Assembly (NCBI RefSeq): GCF_032444005.1
Contig: NC_091283.1
Span: forward strand, 435,798,001-435,862,000
DNA from: Ranitomeya imitator
Lineage: Eukaryota
Reading direction: 5' to 3'
Length of the DNA: 64,000 nt
Part shown: one piece after another, positions 51,760 to 63,811 of the stretch
Numbering within the stretch: position 1 is the first letter of the stretch
How the letters are laid out: every line of letters starts with the position of its first letter
The notes under the pieces: model-generated
What the model was told of the DNA's origin: nothing
Databases searched by the model: none
Seen by the model: only the letters and a program-made list of their open reading frames with translations
Made by a program: the position numbers and the translations under genes

Positions 51760-52556
51760 CCATTGGCTGGTAGTTTCTACAGACGCCAGTCTTCTCGGTT
51801 GAGGAGCAGTGTTTCACCAACACACAGCACAAGGTGTTTGGTCTCCAGGGGAGTCAGCTCTTCCAATCAATCTGTTGGAGATAAGGGCAATTTGGCTGGC
51901 ACTTTCACCATCTTCTGGCGGGTCACCCGGTCCGGATCCAATCGGACAATGCCACGGCTGTGGCTTACGTAAATCATCAGGGGGGCACCCGCAGCAGGTC
52001 AGCCATGCGCGAGGTAGGACAAATCCTCCGCTGGGCCGAAAACAACCACTCCGTGATCTCGGCAGTTTACATCCCGGGCAAGGAGAACTGGGCAGCGGAC
52101 TTTCTGAGCCGTCAGGGTCTTGCGTTCGGGGAATGGTCTCTTCACCCCGACGTTTTTCGGCAGATTTGCCAACGCTGGGGTACCCCGGACGTGGATCTAA
52201 TGGCATCCGGGTGGAATGCCAAGGTCCCCAGGTTCGTAGCTCGTTATCGAGATCCAAGAGCTCTCGCCGTGGACGCACTGGTCCTTCCTTGGAACCAGTT
52301 TCGTCTTCCATATCTGTTTCCTCCTCTGGTGCTCCTCCCAAGGGTAGTCAGGAAGATCAAGATAGAGGGAGTTCCGTCAATTCTAGTCGCACCAGATTGG
52401 CCTCGGAGGTCATGGTACGCGGACCTCGTTCAGCTGATTGCCGGGGTTCCTTGGGAGCTTCCAATGCGGCCGGATCTTCTGTCGCAGGGGCCGATATTCC
52501 ACCAGAACTTAGGGGCCCTGCGTTTGACGGCTTGGCCGTTGAATCTTGGATTCTGA
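51760..52556 (+). pseudogene. DIRS RNase H plus DAM-methylase-like domain (stop and frameshift)
   Basis: VSTDASLLG*GA, INLLEIRAI, SDNATAVAYVNHQGGTRS, YIPGKENWAADFLSR, DLMAS..N, YLFPP, APDWPRRSWY. Confidence 0.85.
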
Positions 52557-53574
52557 CCCAGGCCGGTTTTTCTCAAAAAGTAGCTTCCACTATGATTAAT
52601 GCTCGAAAGACAGTTTCTGCGAGCATTTACCACCACACCTGGAAAGTTTTTCTCTCGTGGTGCAGGAAGAAGGGTCTTCCTCCTTTACGGTTCTCCGTTC
52701 CTAATATTTTAGCTTTTCTCCAGGCTGGGTTAGACTCAGGTCTTGCTCTAAGTACCCTTAGGAGGCAAATTTCAGCCCTATCGGTTCTTTTCCAGCGCAG
52801 AATTTCTTCCATTTCACAGGTCAAGACTTTTTTGCAGGGAGTCTCTCACATGGTCCCCCCTTACAGGGCCCCGCTAGAAGCTTGGGACCTTATCTGGTCC
52901 TAAGCGCTCTTCAGGAAGCCCCATTTGAGCCCTTCCAAGAAGTTTCTTTAACGTATCTTTCTTGGAAGGTTTTGTTTTTGGTAGCCATAACCTCCATTAG
53001 GCGGGTGTCGGAATTGGCGGCCTTGTCCTGCCAGTCGCCGTTTATGCAATTTCATCAGGATAAAGTAGTATTAAGACCAGTTCCCTCTTTTCTACCAAAG
53101 GTAGTTTCCTCATTTCACATCAATGAAGACATAGTCTTGCCTTCTTTTTCTCCTGCTCCTTCACACCGTGTGGAAAAAGCTCTCCTTACTCTGGACCTGG
53201 TGAGAGCGCTGAGAAGATATGTTTCTCGGACCGCTTCTTTTCGACAGACGGAGGTCCTGTTCGTTCTCCCTGTGGGTCACAGAAAGGGATTCGCAGCCTC
53301 TAGGTCGACCTTAGCCAGATGGATATGAGCCACCATTCAGGAGGCCTACCGCATCAAGGGTGCAGCCATCCCGGCTGGGATCAGGGCACACTCTACTCGA
53401 GCGGTAGGGGCTTCCTGGGCACTTCGGCACCAAGCTTCAGCAGAACAGGTTTGCAAAGCGGCAACTTGGTCTAGCCTGCACACTTTCTCCAAACATTATA
53501 ATATCCACACTCAGGCCTCTGCTGATGCAAGTTTGGGAAGAAAAATTCTTCAGGCTGCGGTATCGCACCTATAG
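52545..53574 (+). pseudogene. DIRS tyrosine recombinase (frameshift ~52895, stop 53326-53328)
   Basis: AITSIRRVSEL, AHSTRAVGAS and FSKHY give the R-H-R-Y catalytic tetrad. Confidence 0.9.
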
Positions 53575-54390
53575 GCGGTAAGTGCCTAAGGGTTTGTTCC
53601 AGTGAGTCTTTTTTCCCCACCCTGGGACTGCTTTGGGACATCCCACAGTCCTGTGTCCCCCAATGAGACGATGGAGAAACAGGGATTTTTGTGTTACTCA
53701 CCGTAAAATCCTTTTCTCCGAGTCATTCATTGGGGGACACAGCTCCCTCCCTATTTCTTTTTGTTATTTTTTTCTACGGGGTTGTTCAGACTGTAGTATT
53801 ATTCTAGACATGTTGTCTTTGCTCTAATGCTGTTTTGTTTTCTCTATCTCCTACTGCTTGTGCACCAAACTGGAGCTGTCAGGGCCAGTGTCAAGGTGTA
53901 TACTATGGAGGAGGAGCTAACTTTTTTTTTTGTCTACTTAGTGTCAGCCTCCTGGCGGCAATAGCATACACCCACAGTCCTGTGTCCCCCAATGAATGAC
54001 TCGGAGAAAAGGATTTTACGGTGAGTAACACAAAAATCCCTGTTTTTTTACCGCGATGCGTTTTTTACGCGGAAAAAAACCATCCATGTGCACAAAACAT
54101 GCAGAATGCATTCTAAATGATAGAATGCATAATGTATGCGTTTTTAATGAGTTCTTATAGCGTTTTTAGCGCGAAAAATCGCGAAAAAACCTGAATGTGT
54201 GCACATAGCCAAAAGGGACCGTGGTGAGAATTGTAAAAATTGGCCCGGTCATTAACGTGCAAACCACCCTTGGGGCTTAAGGGGTTAAGAAGGGGTTGTC
54301 TTAGTAGTGGACAACCCCTTTAATCAGAGTGGAGACTCGTTATCAATACTGTGATCAATAAATTAACATTAACTGTTTCTCAAATTATAG

Positions 54391-54528
54391 AAGGAGCTTC
54401 AGAACCTGGAAGACGCCTCTGACGACATAATGATGCTAGACGAGTCTCTGCTTATCCCTTATCAGATCGGAGATGTTTTTATTAGTCATTCCCAAGAGGA
54501 GACTCAAGATATGCTGGAGGGTGCAAAG
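54391..54528 (+). CDS. PFDN4: Prefoldin subunit 4, exon 3 (KELQNLEDASDDIMMLDESLLIPYQIGDVFISHSQEETQDMLEGAK)
   Basis: TATAG acceptor and AAG|GTTAGT donor; 138 nt, phase 0. Matches human KQLQNLEDACDDIML...IPYQIGDVFISHSQEETQEMLEEAK. Confidence 0.96.
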
Positions 54529-54574
54529 GTTAGTCACACAATATAAATTCTATAATTCCCTCGTATGTTCAAGA

Positions 54575-54905
54575 ATATGATTATTATAATACTGCCCCCT
54601 ACGTACAAGAATTTAACTAATATAATACTGCTCCCTATGTACAAGAATATAATTACTATAATACTGCCCCATATTTACAATCATATAACTACTATAATAC
54701 TGTGTCCCCATGTACAAGAATATAACTACCTACAATAATACTGCCTCTGAGTTCAAGAATATAACTTCTACAATACTGCCCCTATGTACAAGAATATAAC
54801 TGCTATAATACTGCTCCTATGTTGAAGAATTTTACTAATATAATACTGCCCCTATGTACAATAATATAACTACTATAATACTGCTATAATACTGCTCCCT
54901 ATGTA
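54575..54905. repeat. Minisatellite, ~32-bp unit TATAACTACTATAATACTGCCCCTATGTACAAGAA
   Basis: Tandem units read directly. Confidence 0.85.
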
Positions 54906-56052
54906 CACTCACTCGCTGTCAGTATTATATTGTCAGCTCTGACCTCACACTAAGCTTTATATCATTGTTTTATAATCTCCTTCGATCCACCGTCCGTTAC
55001 TTTTGCATTGATCTAAACAGTATATACAACTCCAGCTATGTGGAACCATGGTGACAATACAGGAGTGTGCACAGTAATCATTGTGAATCACTGACCTAGT
55101 TGATTCTGCCATGGACAAGCTGCGGTCTGCGCTTCTGGTGTTTGTAACTTCATTAAGGGCAGATCATCCTGCTCTGTGTCATAGGTTATAGCTCTGTACA
55201 ATGTGATCCTTCAGCATTGGCTACTGTATTGGATACGGGGAGTCTAGGACACATATCAGAACAATCTGTCCCCTACACAGTGATGAGAAAGCCGAACATG
55301 GCTGCTCCATGCCACTATTTAAGAGCAGTATCTGCTACGCCAGTGATTTAGAACAGCGAAGATTGTGCTCCCTCCTGTATTTTTATATAAAACGATGTAC
55401 ACTTTAAGAGATAATGGGAAATAAATGCAAACTTGTGTGTGTGTGTATATATCTATATACATTATTGTCTAAGGGGTACTTCCGTCTGTCTGTCTGTCAT
55501 GAATATTCATTGGTCGTGGCCTCTGTCTATCATGGAAATTCAAGTCGCTGATTGGTCGCCGCAAAACAGCCACGACCAATCAGCGACTGGCACAGTCCAG
55601 AAGAAAATGGCTGCTCCTTACTCCCCGCAGTCAGTGGCCGACGCCCGCTCCATGCTCCCCGCAGTGTTCCCAGGGCTCCACTATATACTCCCTGCAGTGT
55701 CCCCGGCGCTTCGCTATATACTCCCCGCAGTGTCCCCGGCGCTCCGCTATATTCTCCCCGCAGTGTCCCCGGCACTCTGCTATATACTCCCCGCAGTGTC
55801 CCCGGCGCTCCGCTCCATACTCCCCGCAGTGTCCCCGGCGCTCCGCTCCATGCTTCCCGCAGTCACTGTCCCCGGTGCCTGCTCCATACTCCCCTCCGGT
55901 CACCGCTAACACAGGGTTAATGCCGGCGGTAACGGACCGCGTTATGCCGTGGGTAGCGCACTCCGTTACCGCCGCTATTAACCCTGTGTGTCCCCAACCT
56001 TTTACTATTGATGCTGCCTACGCAGCATCAATAGTAAAAAAAGTAATGTTAA

Positions 56053-59000
56053 CCCCTTAAGCCCCGAGGGTGGTTTGCACGTTAATGACCGGGCCAATTT
56101 TTACAATTCTGACCACTGTCCCTTTATGAGGTTATAACTCTGGAACGCTTCAACGGATCTTGGCGATTCTGACATTGTTTTCTCGTGACATATTGTACTT
56201 CATTTTAGTAGTAACATTTATTCGATATAACTTGCGTTTATTTGTGAAAAAAACGGAAATTTGGCGAAAATTTTGAAAATTTCGCAATTTTCCAACTTTA
56301 AATTTTTATGCCCTTAAATCACAGAGATATGTCACGCAAAATACTTAATAAGTAACATTTCCCACATGTCTCCTTTACATCAGCACAATTTTGGAACCAA
56401 AATTTTTTTTTGTTAGGGAGTTATAAGGGTTCAAAGTTGACCAGCAATTTCTCATTTTTACAACACCATTTTTTTTTAGGGACCACATCTCATTTGATGT
56501 CATTTTGAGGGGTCTATATGATAGAAAATACCCAAGTGTGACACCATTCTAAAAACTGCACCCCTCAAGGTGTTCAAAACCACATTCAAGAAGTTTATTA
56601 ACCCTTCAGGGGTTTCACAGGAATTTTTGGAATGTTTAAATAAAAATGAATATTTAACTTTTTTTCACACAAAATTTATTTCAGCTCCAATTTGTTTTAT
56701 TTTACCAAGGGTAACAGGATAAAATGGATGCCAAACATTGTTGTACAATCTGTACTGAGTACGCTGATACCCCATATGTGGGGGTAAACCACTGTTTGGG
56801 CGCATGGCAGAGCTCGGAAGGGAAGGAGCGCCATTTGACTTTTAAATGCAAAATTGACAGGAATTGAGATGGGACACCATGTTGCGTTTGGAGAGCCACT
56901 GATGTGCCTAAACATTGAAACCCCCCACAAGTGACACCATTTTGGAAAGTAGACACCCTAAGGAACTTATCTAGATGTGTGGTGACCACTTTGACCCACC
57001 AATTGCTTCACAGAAGTTTATAATGCAGAGCCGTAAAAATAAAAAATCATATTTTTTCACAAAAATTATCTTTTCGCCCCCAATTTTTTATTTTCCCAAG
57101 AGTAAGAGAAGAAATTGAACCTCAAAAATTGTTGGCCAATTTGTCCTGAGTACGCTGATACCCCGTATATGGGTGTAAACCATTGTTTGGGCGTATGGCA
57201 GAGCTCGGAAGGGAAGGAGCGCCATTTTACTTTTCAATGCAAAATTGACTGGAATTGAGATGGGATGCCATGTTGCGTTTGGAGAGCCCCTGATGTGCCT
57301 AAACATTGAAATCCCCACAAGTGACACCATTTTGGAAAGTAGACCCCTTAAGGAACTTATCTAGAGGTGTGGTGAGCACTTTGACCCAACAAGTGCTTCA
57401 CAGAAGTTTATAATGCAGAGCCGTAAAAATAAAAAATCATATTTTTTCACAAAAATAATCTTTTCGCCACCAATTTTTTATTTTCCCAAGGGTAAGAGAA
57501 GAAATTAGACCACAAAAGTTGTTGTGCAATTTGTCCTGAGTGCGACGATACCCCATATGTGGGGGTAAACCACTTTTTGGGTGCATAGCAGAGCTCGGAA
57601 GGGAAGGAGCGCCATTTGACTTTTCAATGCAAAATTGACTGGAATTAAGATGGGACGCCATGTTGGTTTGGAGAGCCCCTGATGTGCCTAAACATTAAAA
57701 ACCCCCACAAGTGACACCATTTTGGAAACTAGACCCTCTAAGGAACTTATCTAGATGTGTTTTGAGAGCTTTGAACCCCCAAGTGTTTCACTACAGTTTA
57801 TAACGCAGAGCCGTTAAAATAAATTTATTTTTTTTTCGCAAAAATTTTTTAGCCCCCAGTTTTGTATTTTCACAAGGGTAACATAATAAATTGGACCCCA
57901 AAAGTTGTTGTCCAATTTGTCCTGAGTACGCTGATACCCCATATGTGGGGGGGAACCACTGTTTGGGCGCATGGCAGAGCTCGGAAGGGAAGGAGCGCCA
58001 TTTGGAATGCAGACTTAGATGGATTGGTCTGCAGGAGTCACGTTGCATTTGCAGAGCCCCTGATGTACCCAAACAGTACAAACCCCCCACAAGTGACCCC
58101 ATATTAGAAACTAGACCTCCCATGGAACTTATCTAGATGTGTTGTGAGAACTTTGAACCCCTAAGTGTTTCACTACAGTTTATAACGCAGACCCGTGAAA
58201 ATAAAAATTCTTTTTTTTTTCACAAAAATGATTTTTTAGCCCCCAGCTTTGTATTTTTACAAGGGTAACAGAATAAATTGGACCCCAAAAGTTGTTGTTC
58301 AATTTGTCCTGAGTACGCTGATACCCCATATGTGGGGGGGAACCACTGTTTGGGCTCATGGCAGAGCTCGGAAGGGAAGGAGCGCCATTTGGAATGCAGA
58401 CTTAGATGGATTGGTCTGCAGGCGTCACGTTGCATTTGCAGAGCCCCTGATGTACCCAAACAGTAGAAACCACCCACAAGTGACCCCATATTGGAAACTA
58501 GACCTCCCATGGAACTTATCTAGATGTGTTGTGAAAACTTTGAACCCCCAAGTGTTTCACTACAGTTTACAACCCAGAGCCGTGAAAATAAAAATCCTTT
58601 TTTTTCCCACAAAAATGATTTTTAGCCCCCCAAATTTTTATTTTCCCAAGGATAACAAGAGAACTTGGACCCAAAAAGTTGTTGTCCAATTTGTCTCGAG
58701 TACGCTGATACCCCATATGTTGGGGTAAACCCCTGTTTGGGCGCACGGGAGAGCTCGGAAGTGAAGGAGCACTGTTTTACTTTTTCAATGCAGAATTGGC
58801 TGGAATTGAGATCGGACGCCATGTCGCGTTTGGAGAGCCCCTGATGTGTCTAAACAGTGGAAACCCCCCAATTATAAATGAAACCCTAATCCAAACGCAC
58901 CACTAACCCTAATCCCAACTGTAACCCTAACCACACACCTAACCCTGACACACCCCTAATTCTAATCCCAACCCTAATCCCAACCGTAAATGTAATCCAA

Positions 59001-60882
59001 ACCCTAACCCTAGCCCCAACCCTAGCCCTAACCCTAACCCTAACCCTAACCGGAAAATGGAAATAAATACATTTTTTTTAATTTTATTATTTTTCCCTAA
59101 GGCTAGGTTCACATTGCGTTAGGGAAATCCGTTTAGCACTAGCGGATTGCGCTAACACAATGTCTTTTTAGGTGTCGTGTTTAGTGGTCGCGTTAACGTC
59201 CCCGCTCTGGAAGATCGGGGATCGGACCTCGGGCGCGCCGCGGACGCTGCAAGCAGCGTCTGAGGCGCGCCACAAAAGAATGGCACCTTGCTAGCGCGAG
59301 CCGAAAATGGCACGCTCTAGCGATGCGCTACACCTGAAAATCACATTGCTGTCAATGGTTGTGCTAACGGACCCGTTGCACGGCGTTAATTGTGACATTT
59401 TCGCCGTGCAACGCTGTCCGTTAGCGTTAACCCATTAACGCAATGTGAACCTAGCCTAACTAAGGGGGTGATGAAGGGGGGTTTGATTTACTTTTATAGC
59501 GAGTTTTTTAGCGGATTTTTATGATTGGCAGCCGTCACACACTAAAAGACGCTTTTTATAGCAAAAAAGTTTTTGCGTCTCCACATTTTGAGACCTATAA
59601 TTTTTCCATATTTTGGTCCACAGAGTCATGTGAGGTCTTGTTTTTTGCGGGACGAGTTGACGTTTTTATCGGTTACATTTTCGGACACGTGACAGTTTTT
59701 GATCGCTTTTTATTCCGATTTTTTTGTGAGGCAGAATGACCAAAAACCAGCTATTCATGAATTTCTTTTGGGGGAGGCGTTTATACCGTTCCGCGTTTGG
59801 TAAAATTGATGAAGCAGTTTTATTCTTCGGGTCAGTACGATTACAGCGACACCTCATTTATATCATTTTTTTTATGTTTTGGCGCTTTTATACGATAAAA
59901 GCTATTTTATAGAAAAAATAATTATTTTGGCATCGCTTTATTCAGAGGACTATAACTTTTTTATTTTTTTGGTTATGATGCTATATGGCGGCTCGTTTTT
60001 TGCGGGACAAGATGACGTTTTCAGAGGTAACATGGTTATTTATATCCGTCTTTTTGATCGCGTGTTATTCCACTCTTTGTTCAGCGTTATGATAATAAAG
60101 CGTTGTTTTTTGGCTCGTTTTTTTTTTTTTTTTCTTACGGTGTTCACTGAAGGGGTTAACTAGTGGGCCAGTTTTATAGGTCGGGTCGTTACGGACGCGG
60201 CGATACTAAATATGTGTACTTTTATTGTTTTTTTGTTTTTTTTTATGTAAAGAAATGTATTTATGGGAATAATATTTTTTTTTTTCTGCTTTATTTAGGA
60301 ATTTTTTTTTTATTTTTTTTTTTACAAGTGTGGAAATTTTTTTTTTTACTTTTTCACTTTGTCCCAGGGGGGGACATCACAGATCACCGATCTGACAGTG
60401 TGCACAGCACTCTATCAGATCGGTGATCTGACATACAGCCGGGCAGGATTAGAGCTGCAGCTGCAGCCTGATCCTGACCCGGAAGTGCTCCCTGCAGGAC
60501 CCGGATGCAGCCCGGCGGCCATTTTGGATCCGGGGACTGCAGGGAGAAGACGCTCGGTACACGGTGAGCACATCACCGTGTACCGATCGTCTCAGGGAAG
60601 CCCGCAGGGAGCCCCCTCCCTGCGCGATGCTTCCCTGCACCGCCGGCACACCGCGATCATCTTTGATCGCGGTGTGCCGGGGGTTAATGTGCCGGGAGCG
60701 GTCCGTGACCGCTCCTGGCACATAGTGCCGGATGTCAGCTGCGATAGGCAGCTGACACCCGGCCGCGATCGGCCGCGCTCCCCCCGTGAGCGCGGCCGAT
60801 CGCATATGACGTACTATCCCGTCCATGGGAATTAAGTCCCAGGTCACCTGGACGGGATAGTACGTCATATGGGATTAAGGGG
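56053..60882 (+). mobile_element. Large piggyBac-like element, copy 2 (most complete; six ~390-bp subrepeats, telomere-like tract at 58882-59050)
   Basis: TTAA|CCCCTTAA ... TTAAGGGG|TTAA (TSDs at 56049-56052 and 60883-60886); colinear with copy 1. Confidence 0.88.
59101..59456. mobile_element. PIF/Harbinger-type MITE
   Basis: TAA|GGCTAGGTTCACATTGCGTT ... AACGCAATGTGAACCTAGCC|TAA. The empty site TTCCCTAACTAAGGGG is seen in copy 1 at ~4721. Confidence 0.9.
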
Positions 60883-61400
60883 TTAAAAATAGTAAAAAAA
60901 AAAAACCTGCTATACTCACTTTCCGTTGTCCGCTGAGGCGCTCGCGCCTGCCGCCATCTTCCTCTCCCAGCGATGCATTGCGAAATTACCCAGAAGACCT
61001 AGCGGTCTCGCGACACCGATAAGTCTTCTGGGTAATTTCGCAATGCATCCTGGGAACGCAAGATGGCAGTCGCGCGCCCATCGGCACAGCGCCGTTGGAT
61101 CCCAGGAGGCGGAGAGACAGGACGCTGAGGAGCAGCGACCAGAACGGTGAGTGTGTTAAACAACTATGGGCCCTCGAATCGTTAGGTGAGTATGTTTATT
61201 TTTTATTTTTTAACCTGTGACATACGTAGCTGGGCAATATACTACGTCACTGGGCAATATACTACGTCACTGGGCAATATACTACGTGGCTCTGTGCTGT
61301 ATACTACGTGGCTGGGCAATATACTACGTGGCTGGGCAATATACTACGTGGACATGCATATTCTAGAATACCCGATGCGTTAGAATCGGGCCACCATCTA

Positions 61401-61432
<32 letters not shown>

Positions 61433-61675
61433 CTAGATGGTGGCCCGATTCTAACGCATCGGGTATTCTAGAATATGATGCGTTAGAATCGGGCCACCAT
61501 CTAATATATATATATATATATATATTATATATACTAGATGGTGGCCCGATTCTAACGCATCGGGTATTCTAGAATATGCATGTCCACGTAGTATATTGCT
61601 CAGCCACGTAGTATATTGTCCAGCCATGTAGTATACTGCCCAGTGATGTAGTATATAGCCCAGCCACGTAGTATA

Positions 61676-63653
61676 CAGTCATGGCCAAAAGTTTTGAGAA
61701 TGAGACAAATATTAATTTTTCCAAAGTCTACTGCTTCATTTTTTTCTAATGGCAATTTGCATATACTCCTGAATGTCAGAGTGATCAGCTTAACAGCAAT
61801 TACTGTACTTGCAAAGTCAATATTTGCCCAGAAAATGAACTTTAACCCCCAAAACACATTTCAACATCATTGCAGTCCTGCCTTAAAGGGAGCAGCTAAC
61901 ATCGTTTTAGTGATTGATCCATTAACACAAGTGTGGGTGTTGATGAGGCAGGGTTGGCGATCAATCAGTCATGATTAAGTAAGAATGACATCACTGGACA
62001 CTTTACAAGGAGGCTGGTGCTTGGTATCATTGTTTCTCTTCAGTTAACCATGGTTATCTCTAAAGAAACACGTGCAGCCATCATTGCACTACACAAAAAT
62101 GGCCTAACAGGGAAGAGTATCGCAGCTACAAAGATTGCATCTCAGTCAACAATCTATCGAATCATCAAGAACTTCAAGGAGAGAGCTTCCATTGTTGTCA
62201 AAAAGGCTCCAGGGCGCCCAAGAAAGACCAGCAAGCGCCAGGACCGTATCTTAAAACTTGTTTCAGCTGCGGGATCGGACTACCAGCAGTGCCGAGCTTG
62301 CTCAGGAATGGCAGCAGGCTGGTGTGAGTGCTTCTGCACACACTGTGAGGCGGAGACTCTTTGAGCAAGGCCTAGTTTCAAGGAGGGCAGCAAAGAAGCC
62401 ACTTCTCTCCAGAAAAAACATCAGGGACCGACTGATATTCTGCAAAAGGTACAGGGAGTGGACTGCTGAGGACTGGGGCAAAGTCATTTTCTCTGATGAA
62501 TCCCCTTTTCGATTGTTTGGGACATCTGGAAAACAGCTTATTCGGAGAAGAAGAGGTGAGCGATACCACCAGTCTTGTCTCATGCCAACTGTAAAGCATC
62601 CTGAAACCATTCATGTGTGGGGTTGCTTCTCAGCCAAGGGAATTGGCTCACTCACAGTCTTGCCTAAAAACACAGCCATGAATAAAGAATGGTACCAGAA
62701 TGTCCTCCAAGAGCAACTTATCCCAACCGTCCAAGAGCAGTTTGGCGCCCAACAATGCCTTTTCCAGCATGATGGAGCACCTTGCCATAAAGCAAAGGTG
62801 ATAACTAAATGGCTCATGGAACAAAACATAGATTTTGGGTCCATGGCCTGGAAACTCCCCAGATCTTAATCCCATTGAGAACTTGTGGTCAATCATCAAG
62901 AGACGGGTGGACAAACAAAAAACAACAAATTCTGGCAAAATGCAAGCATTGATTATGCAAGAATGGACTGCTATCAGTCAGGATTTGGTCCAGAAGTTGA
63001 TTGAGAGCATGCCAGGGAGAATTGCAGAGGTCTTGAAGAAGAAGGGTCAACACTGCAAATATTTAAGTAAATAAGGCAGCACACTGTAGCGCTGAAACAT
63101 GCAAATATGAAACACGAAAATTGAACTGCATTACTGCACTAGAAATATGAAAAATGAGAGCTTTTATCGCATAAAAATGGCCAATTTTATGTGTACCTGG
63201 TAGCCTCTTTACGGCATCTCTCTTATACCAGGTCCTAGACTTGCCTTTCCTCGCTGAGAATAAACGTCTCCATCTGAATGGGTACATGTGAAACCTCTTC
63301 TTAGACTGAAATTCTCTCTCTCTGTGGAGGGGTATTGGACCTGCTGTAATTAAAACACCTGTGGCTAGGAGGCGGAGTGCACGATCAGAAGGCTAGAGAA
63401 TACATTTCAAAAACCTGACCGGCACATCCAGGATGTGCCGGTCAGGTTTTTGAAACATAAACACTGCAAATATTGACTTGCTGCATTAACTCATTCTAAC
63501 TGTCAATATAACCTATTGGTACTCATAATATGATTGCAATTATATTTCTGTATGTGATATAAACATCAGACAAACACTAATAAAAACCAGAGGGCAGCAG
63601 ATCATGTGAAAATATAATTTTGGTGTCATTCTCAAAACTTCTGGCCATGACTG
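61676..63653 (+). mobile_element. Tc1/mariner transposon, near-complete transposase with two frameshifts
   Basis: TA|CAGTCATGGCCAAAAGTTTTGAGAATGA ... TCATTCTCAAAACTTCTGGCCATGACTG|TA. ATG at 62050 (MVISKETRAAII), [50 protein letters not shown]. Confidence 0.96.
63064..63459. mobile_element. Retroposed insertion (possibly Penelope-like) with 15-bp TSD and a terminal perfect hairpin
   Basis: AACACTGCAAATATT is duplicated at 63049-63063 and 63460-63474. TTTCAAAAACCTGACCGGCACATCC-A-GGATGTGCCGGTCAGGTTTTTGAAA lies at ~63405-63455. Confidence 0.65.
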
Positions 63654-63746
63654 TATAGCCCAGCCACGTAGTATATTGTCCAGCCACGTAGTATATTGCC
63701 CAGTGACGTAGTATATTGCCCAGTTACGTAGTATACAGCACATGAG

Positions 63747-63748
<2 letters not shown>

Positions 63749-63806
<58 letters not shown>
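63749..63806. repeat. (TA)n microsatellite
   Basis: Read directly. Confidence 0.98.

Positions 63807-63811
<5 letters not shown>

Larger units (their letters stand above)
49838..54042 (+). mobile_element. DIRS1-type tyrosine-recombinase retrotransposon lacking the RT domain
   Basis: Inverted terminal repeats at ~49838-49979 and ~53867-54042. ICR at ~53643-53742 is complementary to both outer ends. Contains gag-like, RNase H/methylase-like and YR ORFs; no TSD. Confidence 0.93.
47203..54284 (-). mobile_element. Large piggyBac-like element, copy 3 (inverted, internally deleted, hosts a MITE and a DIRS)
   Basis: TTAA|CCCCTTT at 47199-47209 and TTAAGGGG|TTAA at 54277-54288. Reverse complement of copies 1 and 2; most ~390-bp subrepeats are deleted. 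Confidence 0.8.
46557..54319. mobile_element. T2-type MITE expanded to 7.8 kb by nested insertions
   Basis: TTAA|AGGTGTTGTCCACTACT ... AGTAGTGGACAACCCCT|TTAA. Contains MITE 46593-46799 and piggyBac-like copy 3. Confidence 0.75.
55452..61401 (+). mobile_element. Non-autonomous Helitron (same termini as 28429-34497), split by piggyBac-like copy 2
   Basis: A|TCTATATACATTATTGTCTAAGGGGTACTTCCGTC start; short satellite at 61210-61350; CCCGAT..ATCGGG hairpin; CTAA (CTRR) end followed by T. Confidence 0.8.
61534..63748 (-). mobile_element. 3' fragment of the same Helitron family, tail-to-tail with the previous copy, split by a Tc1
   Basis: CTAGATGGTGGCCCGATT...ATCGGG is the reverse complement of the 3' end; satellite in reverse orientation; (TA)n on both sides. 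Confidence 0.78.
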
